A stretch of 64,000 nucleotides of DNA from an uncultured Candidatus Rokubacteria bacterium (GTDB lineage: Bacteria; Methylomirabilota; Methylomirabilia; Rokubacteriales; CSP1-6): assembly GCA_963758635.1 (NCBI GenBank), contig CAVWWD010000008.1, positions 704,001-768,000 on the forward strand, in the 5' to 3' direction. This document shows, piece after piece, positions 1 to 14,094 of this stretch (its first letter is position 1; each line of letters begins with the position of its first letter). Position numbers and translations under genes: made by a program. Below the pieces are notes generated by a model that worked only from the letters and a program-made list of their open reading frames with translations, made no database searches and was not told the origin of the DNA.

Positions 1-636
1 CAGGGCCGCGTCAAGCCGGGCCCTCAGGACGTGCTGCTCGTCGTCGACGTCCAGAACTGCTTCCTGCCCGGCGGCTCGCTCGCCGTCAAGGACGGCGACA
101 AGGTGATTCCCGTGATCAACCGGATCGCGCCGAGCTTCGAGCACGTGATCCTGACCCAGGACTGGCACACCGCCGGGCACGTGTCGTTCGCCTCGAGCCA
201 CGGCGGCAAGAAGCCCTTCGACACGGTCGCGCTGCCCTACGGGTCGCAGGTGCTGTGGCCCGATCACTGCGTCCAGGGCACCGAGGGCGCCGAGCTCTCG
301 CGTGAGCTGAAGATCCCCCACGCGGAGCTGGTGATCCGCAAGGGCTACCGCAAGCACATCGACTCGTACTCCGCGTTCTACGAGGCCGACGGCAAGACGC
401 CCACCGGCCTGACCGGCTACCTCCGCGATCGCGGCCTCACCGGCGTGTTCCTCTGCGGCCTGGCCACCGACTTCTGCGTGTTCTGGTCGGCGATGGACGC
501 GCGCAAGGCGGGCTTCACCGCCTCCGTGATCGAGGACGCGTGCCGCGGCATCGACGCCGGCGGCTCGCTGGCCCGCGCCTGGACGGAGATGGCGGGCGCC
601 GGGGTCAAGCGGATCCAGTCCTCCGAGATCGGCTAG
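1..636 (+). CDS. pncA: nicotinamidase/pyrazinamidase (5' end outside window)
   Basis: VVDVQNCF, TQDWH, WPDHCVQGT, DSYSAF and GLATDFCV motifs; frame is open to the window start. Confidence 0.93.
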   Translation, partial: QGRVKPGPQDVLLVVDVQNCFLPGGSLAVKDGDKVIPVINRIAPSFEHVILTQDWHTAGHVSFASSHGGKKPFDTVALPYGSQVLWPDHCVQGTEGAELSRELKIPHAELVIRKGYRKHIDSYSAFYEADGKTPTGLTGYLRDRGLTGVFLCGLATDFCVFWSAMDARKAGFTASVIEDACRGIDAGGSLARAWTEMAGAGVKRIQSSEIG

Positions 637-664
637 CGCGTCGGCGGGCTGTCCCTCAGGCTCC

Positions 665-825
665 CGCGCTCGGGCGTGGGCGGCGGGGAGGCACCGGGGG
701 TCGCGGGGCCACGCCGCACGCGTGCGCTGCCCCGCTGTGACTGGGCTCCATCCGGGCGCGCGGGGTCCGATGACCGATGGCGGGGAAGGGCCCCTCGACC
801 CCCGGTGCCTCCCCACCGCCCCCAC
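665..825. repeat. repeat family A copy 1: ~160-bp hairpin element
   Basis: arms ggggaggcaccgggggtcg / cgacccccggtgcctcccc; core 709-769 is identical to the reverse complement of the copy at 26660-26818. Confidence 0.88.
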
Positions 826-933
826 GGCGACCCGCTGTCGCCAGCTGATCCCGTCGTCAGGGCTCCACATCGAAGCGCTGCCGGGGTCTGGCACTTGCGC
901 AATGTAGGGGTCTGACCCCGAGTTGCGCGCGGG

Positions 934-1860
934 TCAGATCCTGGGGCGGATGTCGCGGGCGACGGTCTCGTAGATCTGGAGCATGTCGTCGAGGTCGCGG
1001 TAGCGGGCCTCGAGGAGCACGGTGGTGACGCCGAGGGCGGCGTAGGCGCGGAGGTCGGAGACGATCTGGTCGGGCGTGCCCTGGAGGGGGCGGCGGTCCG
1101 GGCCGGCCGGCGCGTCGCGGAGGGAGATGCCGGCGCGCAGCGTGATGGCGAGGGTGTCGAACCGCCGGCCCTGGCGCGCGCACTCCTCGCGCAGGAGCGC
1201 GATGCCCTTCTCGAGCCCGGCCAGCGTCGGGAACGCGGCGTGCCAGCCGTCGCCCAGCTCCACCACGCGGCGGAGCGCCCGCGGCGCGTGGCCGCCGATC
1301 CAGATCGGGATCGTGCCCGCCGGCGGCCCGGGCATGACGCCGATCTCGTCGAACGAGAAGAACCGGCCGCGGTAGCTGGCCGCGCGCGGGCTCTGCCAGC
1401 ACGCGCGCATGACCCGGATGGCCTCGTCCGACCACGCTCCCCGCTGAGCGAACGGCACGCCGAGAAGCTCGATCTCCTCGCGCATCCAGCCCACGCCGAC
1501 GCCCAGGACGACGCGGCCGCCGGCGAGGTGGTCCAGCGTGGCCAGCGCCTTGGCCGCGAGCACGGGATGCCGGTGCGGCAGCACGAGGACGGTGGTGCCG
1601 AGCTTCACGCGCTCGGTCACGCCGGCCACGAGGGCGAGCGCGGCCAGCGGCTCGAGGAAGCTCGCGTCCGCGGGCAGGGGGAACCGTCCGGTCTCGTTGT
1701 ACGGATAGCGCGACGCGATCCGGTGCGGGATCGCCACGTGGTCGCTCGCCCACAGCGAGTCGAAGCCGAGCGCCTCCATGCGCCGCGCGAACGCGAGGAG
1801 CGTCTCCCGCGTGGCGACGGGGCCGAACATCGGCAGGTGACAGCCGAGCGCGAGGGCCAC
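934..1860 (-). CDS. LLM-class (probably F420-dependent) oxidoreductase
   Basis: GFDSLWASDH, LATLDHLAGGRVVLGVGVGW, PIWIGG; GTG start at 1860. Confidence 0.88.
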   Translation of the reverse strand: MALALGCHLPMFGPVATRETLLAFARRMEALGFDSLWASDHVAIPHRIASRYPYNETGRFPLPADASFLEPLAALALVAGVTERVKLGTTVLVLPHRHPVLAAKALATLDHLAGGRVVLGVGVGWMREEIELLGVPFAQRGAWSDEAIRVMRACWQSPRAASYRGRFFSFDEIGVMPGPPAGTIPIWIGGHAPRALRRVVELGDGWHAAFPTLAGLEKGIALLREECARQGRRFDTLAITLRAGISLRDAPAGPDRRPLQGTPDQIVSDLRAYAALGVTTVLLEARYRDLDDMLQIYETVARDIRPRI

Positions 1861-1864
1861 CCGC

Positions 1865-3465
1865 TCAGCTCTCCCGGTGCGCGCCGGAGGAGTAGAGCAG
1901 CCGCTCGCCCAGCGCGCTGCCCGCGACCATCTCGACCAGGCGCGAGCGCTGGATCTTCCCGCTCGACGTCTTCGGGATCGTCCCCGGCGCCACGAGGAGC
2001 ACGCGCGCGGGCCGGTGGCCACGGCCGTGGTGCACCCGCTGCACGATCTCGCGCACGAGGCCGCTCAGCGCCTCGCGGCCGCCATCGGGCTCGCGCACCT
2101 CGGCCACCACGTGCAGGCGCTGGCTGCCCGTGCGCTCGCTGGCGATCCCGAGGGCCGCCGAGTAGCGCACGCCCGCCACGTGGTCGACGATCTCCTCCAC
2201 GTCGGCGGGCACCAGGTTCTCGCCGCCCAGGATGATGAGGTCCTTGAGCCGGCCGGTGACGAAGAGATAGCCCTCGGCGTCCACGAACCCGAGGTCACCC
2301 GTGCGGAGCCAGCCGTCGGCGCTCAGCACCGCGGCGGTCTCCTCGGGCTGTCGGTAGTAGCCCTGCATCACGCCCGGGCTGCGCACGCAGATCTCGCCCT
2401 CTTCCCCGGCGGGCGCGATCCGATCCCCCTGGACGATGCGGACGGACACGCCCCGGCACGGCTGGCCGACGGACATGAAGCGGCCGGACGCGTCGAAGCG
2501 GAGGGGGGTGCGGCGGGGCCAGATGGCCACGGCGAGCGTCGCCTCGGCCAGCCCGTAGCAGGGCGTGATGAGGTTCTGCACCCCGAACTTCTCCTCGAAC
2601 GCCCGGATCGTGGACAGCCCGCACCGGCTCGGCGCCGGAGAGGGCCTGCTTGAGGGAGGAGAGGTCGAGTCCCGTCGTGTCGTGGATGTTCCGCACGCAG
2701 TTCCGGTAGCCGAAGTCGGGCGATACCGTGAAGGTGGCGCGCACGCGCGTGACCAGCTCGAGCCAGGCCCGCGGGTTGCGGAGGTCGGGCGGCAGCAGAT
2801 GCAGCGGCGACCCGATCGTCGGCGGCGTGAAGGCGCAGCCGATCAGACCCATGTCGTGGTAGAGGGGCAGCCACGACACGACCACGTCCTCCCGCGCGAG
2901 CTGCGCCGCCTCGGCCATGAACTCGACGGTCCGGCACACGTTGGCGTGGCTCAGCACGACCCCGCGCGGGTGTCCGGTGCTCCCCGAGGTGTACTGGATG
3001 AACGCGGTGTCCTCCGCGCGGATCTCGGGAAAGGCCGGCGCGGGGGCGTCGGCCTCGAGGTCCGACGGCTCGAGGACGTGGCGCAGCGTGCTGGCGGCGG
3101 CCGCCGCCGACTCCTCCACGCCCCGCCTGAACCAGCCGATCGTCGACCACCGCCTTCGCCTGCGAGTCCTTGAAGATGTTGGCGGTGCCCTCGACGCCCA
3201 GGGTGGGGTAGAGCGGCACCGGGACCGCGCCCAGGCGGAGGGCGGCGAAGAACGTGTAGAAGAACTCCGGGCAGGTCGGATAGATCAGGCAGACGTTGTC
3301 GCCCCGGCCGATGCCAAACTTCCTGAGCCCGGCGGCGTGCTTCTCGCTCTCCCGCCAGAGCTGGCCGTAGGTGACGGGGGTGTCGAACAGGGAGAAGTAC
3401 GCGGTGTCCGCGTCGCTGGCGGCCCGGTGGCCCAGCAGATCGGCGAGCGTGTCGGCCTTGATCAC
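1865..3465 (-). CDS. fatty acyl-AMP ligase / acyl-CoA synthetase (two apparent frameshifts)
   Basis: QYTSGSTGHPRGV, WLPLYHDMGLIG, YGLAEATL, TGDLGF and PKTSSGK spread over three frames. Confidence 0.85.
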
Positions 3466-3481
3466 TCGCGAGCCTCGGACC

Positions 3482-4183
3482 CTAGCGATCCATGACGATG
3501 GGCTCGAAGCACTCCGCGAAGGCGAGCCCGGCCACCTTGCCGAGCTCCGCCGCCCGGTCCCGCACCCGCTTCTCGACGGCCGGGAAGTCCTTGAACTGGC
3601 TCTGGTGACACGCCAGGGCCTTGAGCTTCAGGTCGATGGTGTCGCCGATATCGACGACCACTTCTGGACTTTCCCACCACATCATGTGGACCTCCTTCAC
3701 CTTGTGGGGCTCGAGGCCCTGGGCGAGGAGCTCGGGGAAGGCCATGTGGTCGCGGGCGAGGGGATAGACGCAGTCCAGCGTGATTCCCGCCACGATCCGG
3801 TGGTCACGGTGCGAGGCGCCGAGGTTCCGGGTCCGGTGGGGGTTCTGGCAGATGACAAGGTCAGGACGGTGGCGCCGGATGGCCGCGCTCACCGCCATCC
3901 GGGCCTCGCGCGTGTCCTCCACCTCGCAGTCGGGGAAGCCGAGGAAGTCGACGGTCTCCACGCCCAGGACCCGCGCGGCGTTCCTCTGCTCCTCCTCGCG
4001 GATCCGGGCCAGGCGCTCCGGGGTCATCTCGCGGTCGCCCGAGCCCTTGTTGCCGCTGGTCACCACGCAGTAGGTGACCTGCTTGCCTTCCCTGACCAGC
4101 TTCGCCACCGTGCCGCCGGCCCCGAACTCGGAGTCGTCGGGGTGGGCGGTGACGACGAGGACTCTCTGGATCCGCTCGGTCAT
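3482..4183 (-). CDS. PIG-L/LmbE family deacetylase
   Basis: AHPDDSE, HRDH and ACHQSQ motifs. Confidence 0.9.
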   Translation of the reverse strand: MTERIQRVLVVTAHPDDSEFGAGGTVAKLVREGKQVTYCVVTSGNKGSGDREMTPERLARIREEEQRNAARVLGVETVDFLGFPDCEVEDTREARMAVSAAIRRHRPDLVICQNPHRTRNLGASHRDHRIVAGITLDCVYPLARDHMAFPELLAQGLEPHKVKEVHMMWWESPEVVVDIGDTIDLKLKALACHQSQFKDFPAVEKRVRDRAAELGKVAGLAFAECFEPIVMDR

Positions 4184-4289
4184 GGGCGCATGTCTCCTTT
4201 GGCGGCATCTTATCCCAGGCGGTAGCGGGTACGAACGACCCGGACGCCCCGAGGCGCCGCTGGCCGGCCCGATCCGTCCGGCGCTCGAG

Positions 4290-4365
4290 TCACCCAGAAT
4301 GCGGTCACCCGCTACGGGCCTCTACAGTCCCACCGCTCGGCATTTAGTCTGATGCGCGGGGCTCA
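4290..4365 (+). mobile_element. MITE family B copy 1, CGAG target duplication
   Basis: shared core acgggcctctacagtcccaccgctcggc...tagtctgatgcgcggggctca; CGAG at 4286-4289 and 4366-4369. Confidence 0.8.
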
Positions 4366-4447
4366 CGAGATGCGCGGGGCACGAGATGCGCGGGGCCTCG
4401 TCGAGCCTTCGCTATAATGCGCCAGTGCCGACCGTCGCTCGCCTGGC

Positions 4448-4714
4448 ATGACCGTTCCGCCCGATGATCCCCGGCCGGCGCCGCGCCTCCGGCCGGTGAG
4501 GCGTCCCGTCGCGGGTGCCGTGCTCCTGCTGGTCCTGCTCGCCATCCCGCTCGTGGCCGCCCTGCTTCCCGTCGATCCCGGAGCCGTCCGCGCGAGCGGT
4601 CTCGCGCTCGCGTGGTGGTACGCGGGCCTGCTCGCGCCCGTGGTGGGCCTGGGGATCGCGGCGTGGGCCGTGCCGGGAGCGGGGCCCGCCGGAGCGCCGC
4701 GCCAGCGGCGATGA
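4448..4714 (+). CDS. small membrane protein, resembles a solute:sodium symporter small subunit (DUF4212-like)
   Basis: two hydrophobic segments, GLALAWWYAG; overlaps the next ORF at ATGA. Confidence 0.5.
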   Translation: MTVPPDDPRPAPRLRPVRRPVAGAVLLLVLLAIPLVAALLPVDPGAVRASGLALAWWYAGLLAPVVGLGIAAWAVPGAGPAGAPRQRR

Positions 4715-6165
4715 GCGGCCTCCAGGCCCTGGCCGCCTGGCTCACGCCCGTCCTGTCGCTCGCCGTCGCCGCGTCGGCGGCGAAGGGCGGCCGCCATGGC
4801 GCCTGGATCGGTCTCTGTGTGATGCTCGCGCCGCTCGTGGCGCTCCTCTTCGGAGCCGCACGGAGGGCCGAGAGCGAGCCGCCGGCCCAGGGCCTCGTCG
4901 TGCCCGTCGTCGTCTGCGTGCTCGTGTGGGCGAACCTGGCCCTCGCTGGCGAGCTCGCGACGAGCCTCGGCCATTTCCGGTGGCAGGGCGTCGCCTTCGT
5001 GGCCGTGCCCGCCCTCCTGCTCGTCTGGTGGCCGTCCGGGGCGCGTCGCGCCGGCGGCGCCCTGGCGGTGATCGCCCTCGTCGCGCTCGTCTTGCCTCTG
5101 CTCACGCTGGCCCAGACGGCCGGGCTCGATCCCCGCGCCGCCTGGGCGGCGGTCGCGGCTCGCCCGGCCTTCGTCTTCCCGCCCGCGAGCCCGTGGGTCA
5201 CCAGCGGCCGCGTCGTCCCGTCGCCCCACGGGCGCCCCTCCGCCGTCCCGCTCGAGGAGGAGCATCGCGTGGTCGCGCCGGCGGGCGGGACGATGCGCAT
5301 CCTGATGCGCGACGGCGGCCGCGAGAGCCAGCAGGACTGGACCCTCGCCCCGGGCCAGGTGGCCACGCTCCGTCCCGGCGACCGGATCGAAGCCCTGCCG
5401 GGCACACGGCTGCGCTTCGAGGCCGGACGCCGGGTGCCCGGCGCGCCCCACGGAGGCGCGGCGTGGGCGGAGGGTCGCTCGGTGTCGTGGACGGAGACGC
5501 TCGGGCTCGCGGTGACGCTGCTCGGCGGCGCCATCGCGCTGCTCTCGCGCCGGAGCTTCGCCATCCCGTCGCGGACCACCGTGGCGATCGCCGGCGTGGG
5601 CCTGCTCGCCGGGCTGGCCTGGGCCGAGGCGTGGGGCGTCTACGGCGTGCTCCTCGCGCCGGACCTGTTCCTCGGCGGCGTGTCCTCCGCGCGCATGGTC
5701 GACGTGCCGACGCTCGCGTACGGCGAGGGCCCGGCGGGAACGAGGGTGCAGGGCGTGCTCCTGATCGGGCTCCTCGCCGGCTTCCTCGCCGCCGCCGTTT
5801 CTCTGGCCGAACGCGCACGAGTCGAGAGCGCGCCCGGCGCCGATGACGTCGGGCACGGCGCCTGGATCGCGGTGGTCGCGGCGGCCGCCCTGGCCGCGAG
5901 CCTGCGCGACCTCGATCCCTGGACCGTCGCGCTGTGGGGGCTCGGGGCGGCCGCCTCATCGCTCGCTCCGACGGCCATCATCGGCGACGTGTCGCCGGCG
6001 CTGGCCCGGGTCTCGGGCCTGCTGGGGCTCGCGGTCTTCGCCGCGCTCTCCGTGCTGCGCCATGGACAGGGCGCGACGAGCGGCGGCGCGCTGGCGATCC
6101 TGGACTACCCCGCGCTGGTCGCGGCGCCGATCGCGCTGGGGCTCGTCTGGATCGGCCGCCGGTAG
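4711..6165 (+). CDS. multi-pass membrane protein, divergent sodium:solute symporter-like
   Basis: many hydrophobic helices with a central soluble loop; coupled to the upstream small protein. Confidence 0.55.
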   Translation: MSGLQALAAWLTPVLSLAVAASAAKGGRHGAWIGLCVMLAPLVALLFGAARRAESEPPAQGLVVPVVVCVLVWANLALAGELATSLGHFRWQGVAFVAVPALLLVWWPSGARRAGGALAVIALVALVLPLLTLAQTAGLDPRAAWAAVAARPAFVFPPASPWVTSGRVVPSPHGRPSAVPLEEEHRVVAPAGGTMRILMRDGGRESQQDWTLAPGQVATLRPGDRIEALPGTRLRFEAGRRVPGAPHGGAAWAEGRSVSWTETLGLAVTLLGGAIALLSRRSFAIPSRTTVAIAGVGLLAGLAWAEAWGVYGVLLAPDLFLGGVSSARMVDVPTLAYGEGPAGTRVQGVLLIGLLAGFLAAAVSLAERARVESAPGADDVGHGAWIAVVAAAALAASLRDLDPWTVALWGLGAAASSLAPTAIIGDVSPALARVSGLLGLAVFAALSVLRHGQGATSGGALAILDYPALVAAPIALGLVWIGRR

Positions 6166-6245
6166 CGGGCCGGTGCTCATCCGCTTCGGGCCGTCGCGCT
6201 CGTCCGTTTCCCGACGTGGGTGGCGGGAGTATGATGCGGACGGCC

Positions 6246-9018
<2,773 letters not shown>

Positions 9019-9047
9019 GCCCCTCGGCCCGCCTCGCAGGGAAGCCC

Positions 9048-10477
9048 ATGCATCGCCGTGACGAAGATCGTCTGCACGATCGGGCCCGCGAGCCGGAGCC
9101 CGGAGATGCTGGACCAGCTCGTCGCCGCGGGCATGGACGTAGCGCGCCTCAACTTCTCGCACGGCACCCACGAGGAGCACACCGAGGTCGTCCGCGCGAT
9201 CCGGGCGGGCGAGGAGCGCTGGGGACGCCCGCTCACGATCATCCAGGACCTGCAAGGTCCGAAGGTGCGGCTGGGCGCCTTCGAGCGGCGGGCAGGCCAT
9301 GCTCATGGCCGGGGGCTCCTTCACGCTGACCCCGGCGCCGGTGATGGGGACGGCGGAGCGGGCGACCCTGTCGCATCCGGAGTTCCTGGGCGCGCTGCGT
9401 CCCGCCGACCAGGTCTGGATGGACGACGGGATGATCCAGCTCGTCGTCGAGACGGTGGAGCCGGACGGCACCGCGCACTGCCGCGTGACCGCCGGCGGCT
9501 TCGTCTCGGACCACAAGGGCGTCGCGCTGCCGCGCATTCCCGCGCCGGTCGCCTCGCTGACCGACAAGGACCGCGAGGACCTGCGCCTGGGGATCGCGCT
9601 TGGCGTCGACTACGTCGCCGTATCGTTCGTCCGCTCCGCCGCCGACATCGAGGTGGTCCGCCGCTTCCTGCGCGACGAGGGCGCCGACCTGCCGCTGATC
9701 GCCAAGCTCGAGCGCGCCGAGGTCATGGAGAGCCTGCCGGAGATCCTGGCCCGCGTGGACGCGGTGATGGTGGCCCGGGGCGACCTCGGGGTGGCGGTGC
9801 CCCTCGAGGACGTGCCGGTGATCCAGAAGCACGTCGTCATCCAGGCGCGCCAGGCGAAGGTGCCGGTGATCGTGGCCACCCAGATGCTGGAGTCGATGAT
9901 CACGCACGTCCGGCCCACCCGCGCCGAGGTGAGCGACGTGGCCACCGCCATCTTCGACGGCGCGGACGCCACCATGCTCTCGGCGGAGACCGCCACCGGC
10001 CAGTACCCCGTGGAGGCCGTCCGCGTGATGGCCCGGGTGGCCGAGCGCGCCGAGCGCGCGGCCCCGCCGACACCGCGGCGCGACGCCGCGCGGGGTGGGC
10101 CCGACGGCTTCTCGGAGGCGATCGCCGAGGCGGCCGGCCAGGCGGCGCACATGCTGAACGCGCGGGCCATCGTGGCCTTCACGCAGTCCGGGTTCAGCGC
10201 GCGGCTCATCTCCGGGGAGCGGCCCGAGGTGCCGATCATCGCCCTGACGCCGTTTTCCGAGATCCAGCGGAAGGTCGGCCTCTACTGGGGGACCAGCTCC
10301 CGGCTCGTGCGCAAGTTCCAGACGACCGACGAGATGATCGAGGAGGTCGAGGCCACCCTCGTGGGCGACGGCTCGGTCAAGACCGGCGACGTGCTCGTCA
10401 TCATCTCCGGCGCGCCCCTCTGGGTCTCGGGGACGACGAACTTGCTCAAGCTGCATCGCGTCGGCGACCGCCGATGA
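9048..10477 (+). CDS. pyk: pyruvate kinase (apparent frameshifts ~9060 and ~9285)
   Basis: TKIVCTIGPAS, RLNFSHG, DLQGPK, MVARGDLG, ATQMLESM. Confidence 0.95.
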
Positions 10478-10552
10478 GGACTTCGGAGCGCGGCGGTTGT
10501 TCCAAGGCCAGGGTGGCGGTTGTTTCCGAAGGCCTGACCATATCGCGCGCCG

Positions 10553-10593
10553 TCACCCTGCCCTCTCCCCTGCGCGGGGGAGAGGAGGGCGTG
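10553..10593. repeat. REP-like palindrome, family D
   Basis: caccctgccctctcccctgcgcggggagagg, similar to 30530-30650. Confidence 0.6.
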
Positions 10594-10658
10594 AACGGCA
10601 GGTCTGATCCGGCCAGGCCTCTGGAAACCTCTGTCCTTGATGTCCTGAGGGAGATCGC

Positions 10659-11447
10659 ATGAGCTACGAGGCGCTGACCTACGAAGTCAAGGACGCGGTG
10701 GCGACGATCACGCTGAGCCGGCCCGAGGCGTACAACGCGCTGAACCTGACCATGGGGCGGGACCTGTTCCACGCCACGCTCGAGGCCGACGAGGACCGGG
10801 CCGTCCGCTGCATCGTCATCACCGGCGCCGGGCGCGCGTTCTGCGCCGGCGGCGACGTCAAGGACTTCGCCGACACCCCCGACCGCATCGGGATCCTGGT
10901 GAAGGAGCTCACCACGTACCTGCACGGGGCGGTGTCGCGGCTGGCGCGCACGGCCAAGCCCGTCGTGATGGGCGTGAACGGCGTGGCGGCGGGCGGCGGC
11001 ATGAGCCTGGCCCTCGCCGGGGACCTGGTCGTGGCCGCCGAGTCGGCGAAGTTCACCATGGCCTACGCGAAGATCGCGGCGTCGCCTGACGGGTCGTCCT
11101 CGTACTTCCTGCCGCGCCTCATCGGTCTTCGTCGCGCGCTGGAGCTGCACTACACCAACCGCGTGCTGTCCGCCCGCGAGGCGATGGAGTGGGGGCTGGT
11201 CAACCGGGTGCATCCCGACGCGGAGTTCGCGGGCGCGCTGGGCGCGCTCGCCCGGGAGCTGGCCGACGGGCCCACGCTGGCGTTCGGCCGCGCCAAGCAG
11301 CTCTTCCACCAGTCCACGCAGGAGAGCCTGGAGACGCAGATGGAGCTCGAGGCCCAGGCCATCGCGGCGTCCGGACACACCGAGGACTTCCGCCTCGCCG
11401 TGCAGGCGTTCGCGCGCAAGCAGGGCGCCACGTTCAAGGGGCGCTGA
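10659..11447 (+). CDS. enoyl-CoA hydratase/isomerase (PaaG-like)
   Basis: AFCAGGDV, NGVAAGGG, SPDGSSSYFLPRLIG. Confidence 0.9.
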   Translation: MSYEALTYEVKDAVATITLSRPEAYNALNLTMGRDLFHATLEADEDRAVRCIVITGAGRAFCAGGDVKDFADTPDRIGILVKELTTYLHGAVSRLARTAKPVVMGVNGVAAGGGMSLALAGDLVVAAESAKFTMAYAKIAASPDGSSSYFLPRLIGLRRALELHYTNRVLSAREAMEWGLVNRVHPDAEFAGALGALARELADGPTLAFGRAKQLFHQSTQESLETQMELEAQAIAASGHTEDFRLAVQAFARKQGATFKGR

Positions 11448-11479
11448 CAACGACCGTCGCCGCGGAGCAGCGCCCCGTG

Positions 11480-12827
11480 ATGAGCCGGCGGACCGTGCTC
11501 GCCGGGTGCCTCGCCACCCTCGCCGCTCCCTCCACCGCACTGTCGTCGCCGCTCCCTGGCGATGGCACCGGCAATCGAGTCGTCCCCGGGCGCGGCAGCT
11601 TTCCCCGCTGGCATGGCGTGGCCATGGCCACCGCCGATGCTCCCATCCGCTGGCTGGCCGCGATGCCCGGCCGGCAGCTCGCCGCGGTGGACCGTGACGG
11701 CTCGCTCTGGATCTTCTCCGTGAGCGCGACGGCCATCACCGTCACGGGGCGCTACGGCGAGATCGCCGGCCCGGATTCGCCCCCGGTCGTGGTCGTGCTC
11801 GACCAGGATCGGAGCGGGATCGCCCTCGTCGTCCGGGATGGCCGCCTCGCCGTGTGGAGTGACGGGACGATGCGGAGCTACGACGTGGGCGCGCCGCTGT
11901 CGCGCCTGGCCGCGCCCAGTCCCGTCCGTCTGGCCGGCCGCGAATGGGACGACCTCCTCGCCGTGGCCGCGGACGGGGCGGTTCTCCTGCTCGGCAACAT
12001 GCCGGCGGCGCCGCGGACGCTGGCGCGGGTCGACGTTCACGCGCTCCCCGACGCCCGCATCACCCTCGGCGACCTGGACGGCGATGGCCTCGTCGAGGCG
12101 GTCGTGCTCACCGACGGGACCGACCGCTATCCGCATGGCGCTCTCGGGCGACGGGCTCGAGGCCGGCGCCGTGACCGTGCTCGGCTTGTCGCCCAACGGG
12201 CTTGCGGTGCGGGCGCGGCTTCCCGTCACGGCGCCGGCCGTGTACGAGGACCTCGTGCCCGTCCTCGCCCAGGTCGGCAGCCCGCGCATGTCGATCCTGC
12301 TGGCGAAGAGCAGCCCCCAGGACGGAACCGCGATCCGGCTGCTCGGCTGGCGGGACGGCGGCCTCGCCACGCTCGCCGAGAGCGCCGGCGTGGGGCAGGG
12401 CCAGCGCTGGAGCCACGTGCTCGGCGTGGTCGACCTGTCGGGGCCGGGGAGCGCGGAGATCGTCGCCGTGCGCACGCCGCACGCGGGCGGCGTCCTCACC
12501 GCGTACCGGCGTCGCGGCACGTCGCTGGTCCCGGTCGCCAAGGCCGCCGGCTACGCGTCACACGCCTTCGGCTCGCGGAACCTGGACCAGGCGGTCATGG
12601 CCGACCTCGACGGCAACGGCAGGGCCGAGGTGGTGCTGCCCCGTCAGACGCGGGACGTGCTCGCCGGGCTCGACCTGGAGGGGGCGCGCCTCGTGGAGCG
12701 CTGGAGCGTGACCTTCAAGACGCCGATCGAGTCCAACGTGGTGGTCGCGGACCTCGACGGCGACGGGCTCCTCGACCTGGTCGTGGCGGACCGGCGTGGC
12801 ATGTACGTCTTCTCGAGCATGCGATGA
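11480..12827 (+). CDS. Tat-exported FG-GAP/VCBS repeat protein (apparent frameshift ~12147)
   Basis: SRRTVL twin-arginine signal; GDLDGDG, ADLDGNG, ADLDGDGLLDL repeats. Confidence 0.75.
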
Positions 12828-13323
12828 GCGGCGGCGCGCGTCCCCCGCAGGCCTCGCCGGCCGATCTCGCCGGCCGCCTCGATCGCATCCTGGACGTCGC
12901 CACGCGCCTGGTCGCGCGGATCCCCGACGAGCGCATGGGCTGGCGGCCTCCCGGAGGCGACGGCACCCTCGGCGACCTGGGCTTCCACCTGTTCCGTCTG
13001 GGCCTCGCCTTCGCCGACGGCATGGACATGGGGCGCTACGCGGACGGCTGGCGCGCGGAGGCCGCGCCGGCCGATCTCACCGACGGCGAGGCGATCGCGC
13101 GGTACGGCGCGCTGGTGCGCGCGCGGCTCGGAGGCTGGTTCGAGGGCGCGAGCGCCGGCGAGTACGCGCGCCAGATCGCCGGGAGCGACGGCACGTGGTC
13201 GGGCCACGAGCTCCTCGCCCGCACCGTGGCCGAGGCGGCGTCCCGCCTGCGCCGGCTCCATGCGCTGCTGGAGGGCCTCGGCGTCCAGAACCTCGCGCCG
13301 CTGCCCCTACCCCGGCCCGCTGA
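12824..13323 (+). CDS. DinB-like helical protein; 3' end uncertain, frame runs into repeat C
   Basis: RIPDERMGWRP...TLGDLGFH pattern; ATGA coupling with the upstream gene. Confidence 0.55.
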
Positions 13324-13333
13324 GGGCAGGTTT

Positions 13334-13399
13334 GCGGTTGTTTCCACGGCATCTCCATATCCGCTCGGCTCGCGCCGCCGAGCGGCGCTCACCTCGCAC
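13334..13399 (+). repeat. repeat family C copy 1 (~66 bp)
   Basis: gcggttgtttccacggcatctccatatccgctcggctcgcgccgccgagcggcgctcacctcgcac; inverted copies at 14095-14214. Confidence 0.85.
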
Positions 13400-14064
13400 T
13401 ACCAGGGACTAGAACCGGCCGGAAGCCGTAGTCGGAGTACCGCAGGAGCGGCGGCAGGGACGAGCGATGCGCCACCGGGCTCCACGGGTCCTGGTGCCGC
13501 CACGCGCCGCCTCGCGAGCTGCGACGCGTCCCCGACTCGGGGCCCGCCGGGTTTCGCTCGGGCGAGGCGGCGTAGTACGTCGTCGCTGGCCCAGTCCCCG
13601 CACCACTCGTGGCAGACGCCGGAGAGCGCGGTCAGGCCGTAGGCGTTCGCCGGGCCCGCGCCGGCCGGCGGCGGCCGGTCGAAGCCCGCCACGCCGGGTC
13701 GGTCGTCCCCCCAGGGGAACCGCGCGCCCTCGACGCCGCCGCGGGCCGCGCGCTCCCACTCGGCCTCGGTGGGCAGGCGCCAGGCCGCGCCGTCCGCGCG
13801 GCCGAGCCACGCGCAGAACGCGGCCGCGTCCGCCCAGCTCACGCCCACCACCGGCTGCTCGGGCGCGTCGAAGCGCGGATCGCTCCACCACGGCGGCGGC
13901 GCGGCGCCGCCCGCGGCGAGGAACGGCGCGTACTCCCGGTTGGTCACGGGATGCCGGGCGATCCCGAAGGCGTCCACCCACACGCGATGCGGCGGGCCCT
14001 CGCCGGGAAGGCCCGCGCTCCATCCCATCCAGAACCAGCCCGCCGGGATCTGCGCCACCTGCAC
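13389..14064 (-). CDS. formylglycine-generating enzyme (SUMF1/FGE-sulfatase) domain protein (apparent frameshift ~13577)
   Basis: IPAGWFWMG, PVTNREY, PVVGVSW, RLPTEAEWERAARGG, RGGAW, YGFR. Confidence 0.85.
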
Positions 14065-14094
14065 GCGTTGAGTATAATGAGCGCCGCTGCGGCT

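Noticed and set aside
4350..4396. Triple gatgcgcgggg repeat as an iteron or CRISPR
   Set aside because: Explained as local slippage duplication of the MITE B end plus its target site.
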